From NCBI GenBank assembly GCA_964016885.1, contig OZ024741.1, positions 80,972,001 to 81,036,000 of the forward strand: 64,000 nucleotides of DNA, read 5' to 3'. This stretch comes from Eledone cirrhosa (Eukaryota). Numbering within the stretch: the first letter of the stretch is position 1; the number at the start of each line of letters is the position of its first letter. Below, in pieces: positions 26,466-39,053 of the stretch. The notes under the pieces are model-generated. The model was not told the origin of the DNA and did no database searches. It saw only the letters and a list, made by a program, of their open reading frames with translations. The translations under genes were made by a program, and so were the position numbers.

Positions 26466-26672
26466 TGCTCTACGGTTCTTATATATTTGATATATATTTA
26501 TCCTTATCGAGCCCTCTTTGGATTTTAGTCTTCAAATTTATTATTATTACTATATATATGACTCCAGTTCCTCAGTGAATTAACAACCCAACAAGGAACT
26601 GGGCATATCAGAGTATTGACAATATTATACACCTAAACAACATATGTACTTGTCTATACCATACTAATTAAA

Positions 26673-26727
26673 ACTGCCTGAAGAGGTCACAGCCAAAGAT
26701 GGCTGTCACTGAAATATATATAGCAGT
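26673..26727 (+). ncRNA. Type I (minimal, PLE-type) hammerhead ribozyme motif
   Basis: Stem I actgc/gcagt; CTGAAGA at 26678-26684; stem II ggtcacagcca-aaga-tggctgtcact; GAAA at 26711-26714; palindromic stem III tatata; AUA triplet ending at 26722. Confidence 0.8.
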
Positions 26728-27959
26728 AATAAACGAAGCTAAATTTTAATCATTTGACTTTTATTTAACTTTATTTTACACTACTCCGGTGTAACCAAAC
26801 CACCCTGCGCACTTCGTCGAGTGCTCCAGCCTGCACACTGAGGTGTTGGTATACAACTAACATAAACTCAAAATCTCTCTATATATATGTATATATCATC
26901 ATGTAACGTCCATTTTTCCTGTTAGCAAAGGTTGTCTAAGTCTTCACAGACCAAGTCAGTACTCAAGCGAGACTACTAACCTTCCAACAGGATGGGGATC
27001 CGCAACTTGATTACATACCTTCCCACGTGCATTTTATCATGACACCAACATTATAGAGGTTGTTATGTCTTTGACACAACCGAAGATTCTTCCGAACTCT
27101 TTGTTTGATAAGCTTTCTATGACTGGATGTCCTTCCTTTACTAACCACTTTAGAGCATGTGCTGGGTGCATTTATCGTGGAGAGTTTGTTACACTGTTGA
27201 CACAACTAAAGGGTCCTCTCAAGATAGGTTGTCGGTTAAATTCCCAACTGAAGAGCTGTCTCTATCCTGTGGGAGTGGGTGGATGAGAAGGAAGATATGC
27301 ATGATGGTATCGATGTACAGTGTAGTGGAATTTGACAGGGGTATGAGGAGGAGGAAAGAGTGACCTCCGATAGTGTAGAGACGTGGGAATGTAGGGAAGT
27401 CACGTGGCTTAGTGGTTAGAGCATTGGATTCGCAATCGGGAGGTTGCAAGTTCGATTCCCAGACTGGGCGATGCGTTATGTTATTGAGCAAGACACTATA
27501 CTACACGTTGTTCCTTCTGCCATGAGTTGGGACCGGTAGATAGTATCAGCAATGGAAAGACTAATGGGAATATTGTTTCCTTGGTTCGATTTGTCGAGCT
27601 CCACCCAACTCGGTAAGTGAATGAGATCTGGGATCTTGTTGATCAACCTTTTAAGTGATGGTGAGAATACCTAAGCAGTGATGCGGCAGAGGTACGGATG
27701 GTGTAGTCAATAATATGGGGGTGAGTACTCACTGGTGTGTCCGGAGGGGAGTGTAGTGATGGAGAGTATAGCTAAGGAGTGGTTATGGAGGGGTGGCATA
27801 GATGGAGTGGGGGTGCAAAGAGTAGCTACTAGTGTGTGATAGGGCATATAAGGACTTTAGAAGGAGGAATAGCTAAGGAGTGATAGTGGAAAAGCATGGA
27901 TAAGGTGGGGGTTGCAGTGATAGTGAGGATTGCTACTAGGGAGTGGGGACACAGAGATG

Positions 27960-30700
27960 GGTTAGGTTACATTTTTTGCTGGTAGATGGATCTTCTCCAG
28001 CACAACATAGCACTGGCCCTCGGGATCTTTGTCGTCTCTATTGTTAGGTTTAGCTTCTTAAGACTGGTCTTCACTACCTTATCCCGAGTTGTCCTGGATC
28101 TGCTTCTTCCATGAGTCCCAGCCACTGGGATTTTTCTGCATTTCTTTATGCAGCTGCCATCTTCCATATTCCTCTTTTGCTGAGTTTTTCTCTCAGCTTG
28201 CTTATGCTACATCGTACATTCATACTAACATATATTCATCAGAGCATATACATTTCATTTCTTTCTAACCTTCACAGACCTTCTGCAATCAAAGCCAATA
28301 TTCCACTGCCACATAGTATTGCAGATCATAAAAAGAGAAGCCCTTTGTTGCCGGAGGAAGTTCTTCTTGTGATGCTAAACTCCACCAATTGCAGACTGCG
28401 CGTTAACATGTGATATCTCTCTCCACAAAGTTCGATCACCAGCAGCAGAGTTCAAAGAACAAAGATCAAGTCCAGTCCATAAGTTGACATTGTCAAGCCC
28501 TTTTTGGCTGCCGGCCTCTGTTTCTCTTACCAGCCAACCTTCGTTCTAGGCATAACCTACTCACATCACGAGTTGATATTTTTATATGACCGTATAGTTT
28601 GACTACTCTTAACTTGACAATTGATGTAATTGGTCTAAGTTTGGTAATGTTGAGCTGCTCACTGAGCCACTTGCCAGTCATAAGTCTCATGATATGGTTC
28701 TGGAATGTAGAGAGCTTCTGAAGTGATCTTGTCGTCTAATTAACACAGTCAAGACCATATAACACAACTGGTAGGATGTAAGTATCAAAGATCTTAGTTT
28801 TCAAATGATAGGAAACTAGTTTTGATGTTAGTACTTCCTTGTTCTTGTTGAAAGCTACCCAACCTAGAACGGCAGAAGTACCATCTCCCTAAATTTCCAT
28901 CTTGTTTTCATCCTGGTTATCATACATTCAGAGTATTCTACTTCACTACTGATTAGGTCACTTAGTAACAAAAGCAGTCAACAACTTCTATGGAGCCTCC
29001 CTAGAAACTTAGGGTATGTATAGCACATCTGCTTTTATTGCTTACTTCTCCTCTTTCGTTTTTGCTAAGTTTACTTTTAGGCCATTCAACTCTATGTTTT
29101 TCTTCCATGCTTGAAATTTTGTCTCTAACTTTCCCATGGATTCATCTATAAGGACTAGGTCATCACGAGTTCCCATAGAGTGCCAGTTTTAAACTCCTCA
29201 GTGATGGCCTGTGCTATAACCCTTTCAGCAACTTTCATGACTCGGTGTCTCTGTAGTTATAATGATACTGCTGTGCCAGTCATTGGGTATGACACCAACC
29301 TTTACTACTTGGTTAACTATGCATCTGACTAGCTCGTATGACAGATTCTTTTAGCATCTCAGCAACTATACTGGATGTTCCAGCTGCCTTCCTTACTTTC
29401 ATGACTTTAATTGTTTTATCTATGTTAACTTTTATGGTTGGTCTATCAGTTAGGTCGACATGGGGATATCACATTTATTCTCTTTATTCAGCATCAGACA
29501 AGGTCAGTGCTTCACTATCATTTCAGACACCCTTTTCTCTAACCATATCACCATTTTCTTTAGCACCATGTCTCACACCAGGAACACTCCAAGCCTTTGA
29601 TCTTCACAACACCTGTCATTACCAACTTCTCTTTTGCCTCTCCCCGTTAGGTACACCTAGTTCCTGGCATCTTCCCTAGCTATCTGGTATTGATCTGTCT
29701 CCCACTTTCCTCCAGTTCCCCAGGCTTCTCTTTTCATTCTACCACCATGTCACACTCCGTCTCGTTCGGATCTAGCTCCAACCGCAGACCTGGTTCATGG
29801 CTTCCAGCAGGCTGTCCTGTAGAAATTCCAAATGTGTATGTCTTCATCTCCTCTTCCTTACTGTCATAGGCATTAATTAAGATTTCTCCGAATTTGTTAT
29901 CTGAAGAGGGTTCTCTCAGCTTCCATATCTTACTTCTCCAGACTGACTTTTGTTGCTTTGTCAGTTTAGCCCTTACTCTAAGGTCATTGATAACTAGTCA
30001 ATGTTGGGATGTAGGTAATCAAGTGGTTGGCTGGTTTCCTGAAGTTTATATTGCAGATATTTAGGTTGAGAGATTCACAGATCTCCAGAAGCCAAGATTC
30101 ATCCTCATTTCTTGTACCATACCCGTAGCCTCTATTTACACCAGGAAAACTGTCATGGTGTTTCTTAACATGTCCATTGAAGTCACTAGCTATAATAATT
30201 GTTTCTTCTTTTGGCACAAGGCCAGCAATTACCCAGTACATTACTGGTACTTTATTTTATCGATAATAAGATCATTGAGGACCTCAGAAGTGGTCCGTTT
30301 GCTTGTCAAGCATATACAAAGAGTATAGTGACTATTATATTGCCCAAGGCTAGTCTAAGTTTAAATATCCTATTATACACTCTGATTACCTCAATAACCT
30401 GATCTACCCATCTCTCAACTAAAAGCATTTCTACCCCAGCCACCCTGAAGAATTTATACCGATGGTTCCTTGCCTTTCAAGAATCTAGCCGAAGCTTACT
30501 TCTTGTAAGCAGCTCACATCTACTTGTCTCCTCTCTAGCATCTCCACTATCTCACAACACTTAGATTTCATTGTTATGACATTTACAGTGGAAAATCTGA
30601 AGTTTCGCGCTTGATGAGAAGCATGCTTGCGTGAGTGTCTTGCTTTTTTCCTGGGCCTGACGGATATTTGGAGCTTCACTTGCATGTTGGGTTCTTTCAT
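27960..30700 (-). mobile_element. Degraded RTE LINE (APE through C-terminus) with nested insertions
   Basis: FSTVNVITMK...VDVSCLQEV, SDFNGHV and C-terminal RSRTTRDKVV pieces; SINE fragment at about 30196-30265; second LINE C-terminal piece at about 28440-28870 (KLYGHI...GKRNRGRQPKR). Confidence 0.8.
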
Positions 30701-31328
30701 GTACTATATTGTATTGTCGCTCAAGTGTTTGGGGTCACCACCAGCACTAATATTAGCTGAAGCCTTCACAAGCAGTTGGTCTAATCCAATCTGTATAAAC
30801 CACTTTTGATTTCGGATGTAGCCAGTATAGCATTTACAATACTAAGAGGAGGGTCTAGAAATTCTTAAGTAAATTAAGGCATTTTTATTCGTCTTGCACG
30901 TGTTTCAACAGATGAAATGCAAAGAATATGGTAAATGGAAAAAAATCGATTAGGCTGCATTATAGTATGTAGGAATAAATCCATAATGTCACACTCTGTC
31001 TTGTTGGGACCGAGATATGAGAATAAAACCAAATAATCTATCTTAACACTAAATATATATTTAAAAATTAAGTTAACTCATGAAAATAGTTTATGTTGGG
31101 TATATAAGCCCTTAGAGAAGGAAAATAAAACAGCACCAGCCGTGGGACTAGAAATCACACCCTCCATATATCATATGGATGTGTTACTATTACACAAAGC
31201 TTTTTATCAATTAGCCCAAATGTGTTTTTCAATTACTCTACTCTAAGTTAATTTAATTTTCAAATTTGTAACTCATTCAACAGCCCTAATATATATATCT
31301 ATATACATACATATATTGTTTATGTATA

Positions 31329-31877
31329 CTAGCAGAAAAACCATCCTGCGGGTGGTTTTCTGCTAGCATGTGTAGTGTGTATATTGATATTATACGCAGG
31401 TATATATATATGTAGATATGATAAATCAAATAAAATCGTAATTGACAATATATAATACATAGAAATTGAACGAAGACTGCGTTACACTAACTTATGTCAT
31501 CTGTAACGTAATCCATGATACATTAAAAAAGACGATATTATTAGTGACAGAAAATTAATATATTTATTTAAGCGATCGCCACCGGAAGTGTTGACATTTC
31601 AGAAATTTTAAAGAAGTGAATCTTTAAATAAACAAAATATATTTAATCAACAGCCACAAAATTTAGTAGATAAATTATGTAATATTCATTCATTCATTAT
31701 TTATTTATCCTTACGGGTCGATAAAATAAAGTACCAGTAATGTACTGGGTAATTGCTGGCCTTGTGCCAAAAGTAGAAACAATTATTTATTCAAAGTAAT
31801 CCAACTTATTTTACTAATGGGATAAAAAATGATAAACTGTACGCAGTCCCGCGCTCCTCCCTTTATTATAGTTTAGA
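31329..31877 (-). mobile_element. Non-autonomous Helitron-like element (boundaries tentative)
   Basis: Minus-strand start A|TCTAAACTATAATAAAG; GC-rich hairpin and CTAG|T end; SINE fragment nested at about 31706-31786. Confidence 0.5.
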
Positions 31878-32269
31878 TTCATACACGGAACAAAAACGCT
31901 ACCTAAGGTTTAAAAGTCCAATATTGGCCATATCTCCAGAATGTAAGAGGGCTGAAAATTGTGATCTAATTTTCAGTCGCTTATACGAGTTTAAAATATA
32001 GTTAAAATACTAATTTACGAAAAACGTATTATAACAAAGGGATATAACTCCAAGATGTAAATTTGAAATAGCGAAATTCTACACGTGTTATTATTCGTGG
32101 GCTATAGCAGATGTATGGTATTATGTGGGGGTATGTAATATAGAGATGGTAATATTTGTTAAGGTATGGAGTAGAATAGTATAGAAAGTTACTGTATTAT
32201 GTAAATGTGGAAAAAGAAGGAAAAAGAAAAAAACATTTCGAAAGAATATAAATCAAATGAAGGTGGTTA

Positions 32270-33900
32270 AAAATCAGTTTTATTTGTTGAGCATTTCCAC
32301 TTAGCAAGCAGTTGGCTCTTGAGATGGAGGCATCCTCTTTGAGTTCAAATAATTATTGTTTGGAGATGACAAACCTTCTCATATTTTTAATTTCTCACTA
32401 AGACAGGACATCTCTTGGTTCACTAGTGTAAGGACTGGATCTTTCAAATATCTTCGAAGTAATGTTGTGTGAGACTTCTTTCTCTTTTAATTGTTAGACT
32501 TTTTTGTCAATGCTGTACTGGTCCTCATATCAGTATTCTTAAAGGAGTGGATATGCCAGTAAAAACATTGTTTAAAATGATCTTACATCATACGAACGTA
32601 TCTTTCGCTAACTTCATAATTTTCTGTGATGTTGTGTGTAACCTCTGCTTCATACACAATGGATTTGATATTACATTTCTTTTGGAGAGGGCAGTTCTCT
32701 TTAATCCTATGAGAGCAGCTTGGATTTATGTCGAGTATATTCTTTGCAGTAATTTTTGATCGCATAGACGGGCAACATAAATATGAATTGCAATTGAATA
32801 TTTTACTGTATCTATTAAATCTAAAAACTTCTCTACATTAGTCTTTGCTTTAAGGGAAAAGGGGGAGGGGTGAACCAGATATTTCTTCATTTGCTGTTAG
32901 CATTTTTAGTATGGTTGGATGTGTACTTAATTTTGTCCTTAAAACCACTATCTAGGAGGGCTTGGTTGTAGTAAGACACAGCCTTATCGAAAATCTCCCT
33001 GGTTGCTGATAGATTTGAAATCCTACGTCTAATATTAGAAACTAAGTTTTCAAAAACAGCAGGGGTGACATGAGGCTCTATTAATATATTTCAATTCTTC
33101 GTTAGGCTTATGGTATGGTTTATACGAAGCTGTAGTTAGGTCTAAGTTGACATCAAGGAAATTTGCATTACTAAGGTTCGTATCAACCGAAATTTTAAGT
33201 CCTAGCGCACAAAACGTGTCAATTAAAATTTTACGGAATCTGCCCAGTCTGTCCATAAGACCGTCGTCACGGTATAGATCAAAGGAGTAGTTGGGGAATT
33301 TAGACTTTAGCGTATGAAGAATGTATAAGCCGATAAGATTATACACATCAGCACTGTCACAGGATCCCATTGAGACGTCAAAAGAACCAAGTAGTACCAT
33401 TACTAAATAGGAGGGTTCTACGGGCGTGGAATATAAGGTCATATTCCATGTCACTGATGTATACAAAAGATCGAGCAAAATCTAAAGCGTTATTAAGAAG
33501 GGTCCTCGAAATAGAGGGATAAAAATCTATAATATTATATCAAACTGTGTGAATTTGGTCCTGTCTTAAAGGATATTTCTGTGAACCAGGTTATGACATG
33601 TATTATTTCAGTGAAAGACAGGTTTTTTTTAATAATACAAGTGTCGATGTCTCTTAACATTTTTTTTACTCGCTAGTCCTAACAGGATTGAACTTGATGG
33701 AATTAATGTTAAATATTTTGGTGGCTCTTGAACTGTCGAACAAAAGAGCATTTTGGTAGGTGTCGGTATGCTTTTGATTGAATAGTTAATCTCGTATAGA
33801 GAGATATGTAGTAGTGATGAAAACAACCTAATGTCCAAAGAGTGCTCAACGAAATGGGCAAAAAAATGCGAAAAACATCCGAAGGTCTGTGCAAACATTC
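32270..33900 (-). mobile_element. Degraded Penelope-like element (RT and GIY-YIG region)
   Basis: MGSCDSADVYNLIGLYIL, LYRDDGL, NFLDVNLDL, YKPYHKPN...SCHP, CPLQKKCNIKSIVYEAEV. Confidence 0.82.
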
Positions 33901-35082
33901 TATGTAGGAGCAGCAGGTGTATGTAAAAATATATGTAGGTGTAAAAAAGGAAAAAGATAAACAGTGCTAATATATTATATTATTTAATTTATGTTCATCT
34001 GTATTTCTACATACACATATTGCTCTAACTTTCCGGAGATATGGTCAATATTGCATCTTGAAACCTGATATAGTGCTTTTGTATCGTGTATGAACATAAA
34101 TAAATATAATATAATATATCAGCTCTCTTCCTGAATGAGCACTGTTTTCCTTTTTCACATATACATATATATATATATACACACACATACATAGACATAT
34201 ATACGGGGAACATCTTTTCCTTTAAACATGTGTTACTAAAAATATGAATAAGTTTAATGACAGATTCATGATGGTAGAACACTGGTGTGTAATGGATTCA
34301 AACAAATTTGACTAATTTTTCATTAGCTTGATAGTAATTTCAGTTGGTTATTACAGCAACAGAGAGGATGACATAGCCATGGATTCTTCTCAGAGATAAG
34401 CTTGATATTTACAAAGAAAGTAAAACTGGGCGAGCGCCCAGGTTGCAATGTAAGGAGGTTGTGTAGGTATCACAATAAAAAGCACCCAGTCCACACTATA
34501 AAGTGGTCATGTAGGTGTCATAACAAAAAGCACCTAACAGACACTGTAAATGTTGTTGGCGTTAAGGGCATCCAGCCATAGAAACCAAGCCAAATCAGTT
34601 CTGTGTGGGCGAATCACGGTCTCTCGACCTGATCCCTTACAAAGGGACAGCCCGTCCTACCAATGCTAGCATGGAAGATGGACGTTAAACAATGATGATG
34701 AAAGTAAATTCATAAACACAAATTCTACTCAGTGTTTTCACAGAGGGTTATCATATCATATATAGTTTTCATTTTCATTTACAAAGACAATGCTGAAAAC
34801 AATTTTAAAACAAATGATTTTTATTAATTAATGATTCTTCATTCATATTATTATTTTTTGGGCATGTTTTTCTTTATTTCAAAGCAAAGTTTTCAAAAAA
34901 TATTCAACTTCATTGTAATAAAATGGAATATTATTATTATTCAATTTTAAGTGAAAGGATCCAGTTTCAATCAGAGAGAGCAATATATACATGTATAAAT
35001 ATATACACATGTAAGTATATATATACATATATACACACACAGACACATATATATGTATAAATATATTCACATCTATGTATAG

Positions 35083-35135
<53 letters not shown>

Positions 35136-35419
35136 ATGGGTTGTTGAATCTTTTCTTCTTTATTATCTTCTGGGAAGAGAGAGATGTGTGTCTGGGGAGT
35201 AGGGTGAAGTTGGATGGGGTTGGGTATAGGCTTACATAGTTTAGGGAAGAAATGTTCTGTTTTTTTGTTTTTTTTTAAATAACTGCGAATTAATTTTTTT
35301 TTATATTTAAAATTTTATCATTATTCAATTGTATTTTTTTGTATTTTTTAAATTATTAAATTTTTTTTTTCTGAAGGAACGGCTGGAATTTAAAAACAAA
35401 TGATGATGACGATGATGAT

Positions 35420-35620
35420 AGTTTCTAATTCTGGTACAAGGCCAGCAATTTTAAGGAAGGGCAGTCAATTATATTGACCCCAGTACATGACTGGTACTTT
35501 ATTTTATCGACTCTGTAAGGATGAAAGGCAAAGTTGACCTCAGCAGAATTTGAACACAGAATGCAAATAGGATACAAACATGGCAGACATTTTGTCCTAT
35601 GATCAACTGATTCTGTCAAT
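35420..35620 (-). mobile_element. Deu/Nin-type SINE
   Basis: Same core and 3' end. Confidence 0.75.
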
Positions 35621-35811
35621 CATCTGCTCCTTAATAATAATGATAAGGATAATGATAAGAAGAAGAACAATAATAAGAAAAGGCTGATGTATGATTTGTG
35701 TATATATGTGCGTGTGTGTGTGCATGCATTTGAGCGTGTTAATGCCTAGATATAGATGACTGAACTCATAACACTGTATGTAAGCATGTAAGTATATATA
35801 TATATATACAC

Positions 35812-35842
<31 letters not shown>

Positions 35843-36045
35843 CACATATATATATATATATACACATATATATATATATATACATACATATACATACATA
35901 TACATAAATACACACACACACACACATATGTATACTTAAATACACACACAATTTCTGTGGTTCAGTGTGTAGAAATTAAATTCTGGATATAAGGTCTGTA
36001 AGTATTTACACATTAACACATGCATGTATATAAATTCATATATAC

Positions 36046-36114
<69 letters not shown>

Positions 36115-36427
36115 CATATAAATATATATATATATATAAATACATATATATATATATATATACATATAAAGCCCAGTAAGTGACTAACAACAGCCAGCAA
36201 GTAGGAAGAACAGCTTGAGAGAACTTAGTTTAGACCTCATCAGACCATTGCCCTCTTTTTGACTAGGTTCTGTTTCTTTTGCTTCCAGCAATGATTCCAG
36301 TGATATACATACACATATACAACACACTCATACATATATTTACATACACACACATGCATAACTGTATATTCAATTCCATCGGGTAATTAAAAACATTGTC
36401 ATAAATAACTGAATATAAATGGACGTA

Positions 36428-36499
<72 letters not shown>

Positions 36500-37327
36500 G
36501 GTATTTATATATACATATGCACATATAAATAAATATATATGTGCATATATACTTATATATTCTTTTACTGGTTTCAGTCAGAGGTCTGTGAACATGCTGG
36601 TTCACATGCTCTTTACAGTATAGCAGTCAGTTTCATTCACAGTACTTAATTCATCAAACTTGGAATGATGGAAAGCATAGTGGTGGGATTTGAACTTACA
36701 CTGTAAAGGGCCATAGCCAAATAGCCCAAGATATTAGGTCCATTGGTCAAGTGATGATTTGTGCCATCTATTAACCCTAGTCTTTATTCTACATCTGCTC
36801 AACCTCTCTTTCAATCTTCTCCTACTCTGTAAACACTCCTCCTAATTTTTCCTATTAAGAAAAGGAGATAGTCATCATATTGAATGAAGGAAGCTATATT
36901 TCCATTGGTCTTTCCATTACTGATACATCTGCTGATTGAAATTCCTGATAGAAAGAGGTAAGATTTGAACTCAGAATGTACAGAGCTGGAGTAGATACCA
37001 CAAAACATCACGTCCAACTCATTAACAATTTTCCCAATCCACTGCCCCATGATACGTACTTTATTGCCCCTGGATATATACTTTATTGCCCCAGGATATG
37101 TACTTTATTGACCCTAAAGGACAAAAGGCCAAGTTGACCATGATAGAATTTTGAATTCAGCGAGCACAGAAAGATGGAACGAATACTAACACTCATGAAA
37201 TGCAGCAATGTCAATTAAAGCAAGACAAACAACTCAGGGGGTTGGTGTGCAAACAAAAGTTCATTGTAAAGTATATCTTTTACCTTCTATCCACTGTTCA
37301 ATTGGGATGAATGGCACAACCCCATAC

Positions 37328-37371
<44 letters not shown>

Positions 37372-38304
37372 GAGATCGGTATAGAGTCAATGAGAGAAAT
37401 GAAGCTAAAAATCTAATAGCTCAGAGCACTTGCACACTGCCAATATCATAGGAAACCACATATCTAATATTTTGCAGAGAACAATATAATCAGGCTAAAA
37501 AACAGAGACAGAATAAGTACTATACTTAATAGTTACTAAGATTTTATAAGGCCCTACATGGTACCATTTCATGCCAGCAAAAATCATTGATATTCACTGT
37601 TGATTAACATTGGTTGAGAGAGAGAGAGGGAGGGGTTTGAGATGTTACTAGTTAAGATTAGTAAGAGCATTATTTCATATTGTACTCAATACTTAAGGGA
37701 AGTAGATTGTAGATATTATTCATTTTCCAACATGTTATCGAAACATCGTTAAGTAAAACCTCTAACTTCTAATATTAAAATAAAGCCTGAACTCAAAATG
37801 TAAAGAGCTGTATCTAAATACTTTGATAACATATTCCTTCCATATAGTGTACCGACTGTGTTGTTATTTCTGTTTACCTTTTACATATATATATATGTAT
37901 GTAAGAAATAATAATTGAGGTTACTACAATAGTGAATGTACAGAACACACTTTAGGCGGGGTGTAGAGTACAAGGGGTGTGGGATGTCACCTAATCTAGT
38001 GTATCTAGAGTTTTCTAGACAAAATATATATAATTATTTATGTTCAGAGATCAACCTACATGGCCAAGCTAACCATAACAATAATAACTGTGAAACTAGT
38101 TATATATATAATCATTTGTGGTTGTAAATGTGGTTGCTGTTAGGAAGGGCACTCAGCTGTAAAAAACCTGCGAGAGATGCTTTCCTGCAAGCGAGACATG
38201 GTCTCCGCATCAAATGGAACATGGACGTTAAATGATGATGATGATTATCATAATCATTTAATTTTTTAATGTACATTTTTTTGCTAGCATAGTGCATGTA
38301 AGTG

Positions 38305-38372
<68 letters not shown>

Positions 38373-38790
38373 CATACATATGAATATATATAAATATATA
38401 TGTGCATATATATATACATATACACATAATATATATTTTATATATATATATAATATTTGCGTGTGTGTGTGTGTGTGTGTTCAGAGATCAACCAACATAG
38501 TAAAGCTAACCAAGCTTTTGGTAGAGGGATACAAAGAAGCAAAGAGAACAAATGAAAATAATGGTAAATATGTAAAATAAAAAAATGAAGCAAATATAAA
38601 AAAAATAACAAAAGCAAAACTTCGAATATTGAAATAAAGCCTAAGTGTGTGTATATATATATATACACACACACACACACATGCATAGGAATGTACATAT
38701 ATAGTGAGGTGTATGTATATACACATGCATATATATATATATAAAAATATACATACAAATGTGTATATATATATATAAAAATATACATAC

Positions 38791-38821
<31 letters not shown>

Positions 38822-38822
38822 A

Positions 38823-39011
38823 AACGAAGGAAATGTGGTAAGGAACCAGGTGGACCATAACGCACCAAAGTACTCAATACTTAGGGTAGTAGAGTGGGTA
38901 ATAGGAACGAGTAGGACCCCGATGGCTGAGCTCAAGCCGTTTCAACGGCTAATTCTGGACTGAATTAGCCGTCGAAACGGCTTGAGCTCAGCCGTCGGGG
39001 TCCTACTCATT

Positions 39012-39015
<4 letters not shown>
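38823..39015. mobile_element. Hairpin element in (TA)n; a truncated relative lies at about 1820-1940
   Basis: About 55 bp arms ataggaacgagtaggacccc...ctaattc and gaattag...ggggtcctactcattcctat; leader shared with 1820-1940. Confidence 0.7.

Positions 39016-39053
<38 letters not shown>

Noticed and set aside
30885-31015. Minus-strand GAAA-cacgtg-CA-agac half hammerhead
   Set aside because: No recognisable CTGANGA half and no UH triplet.
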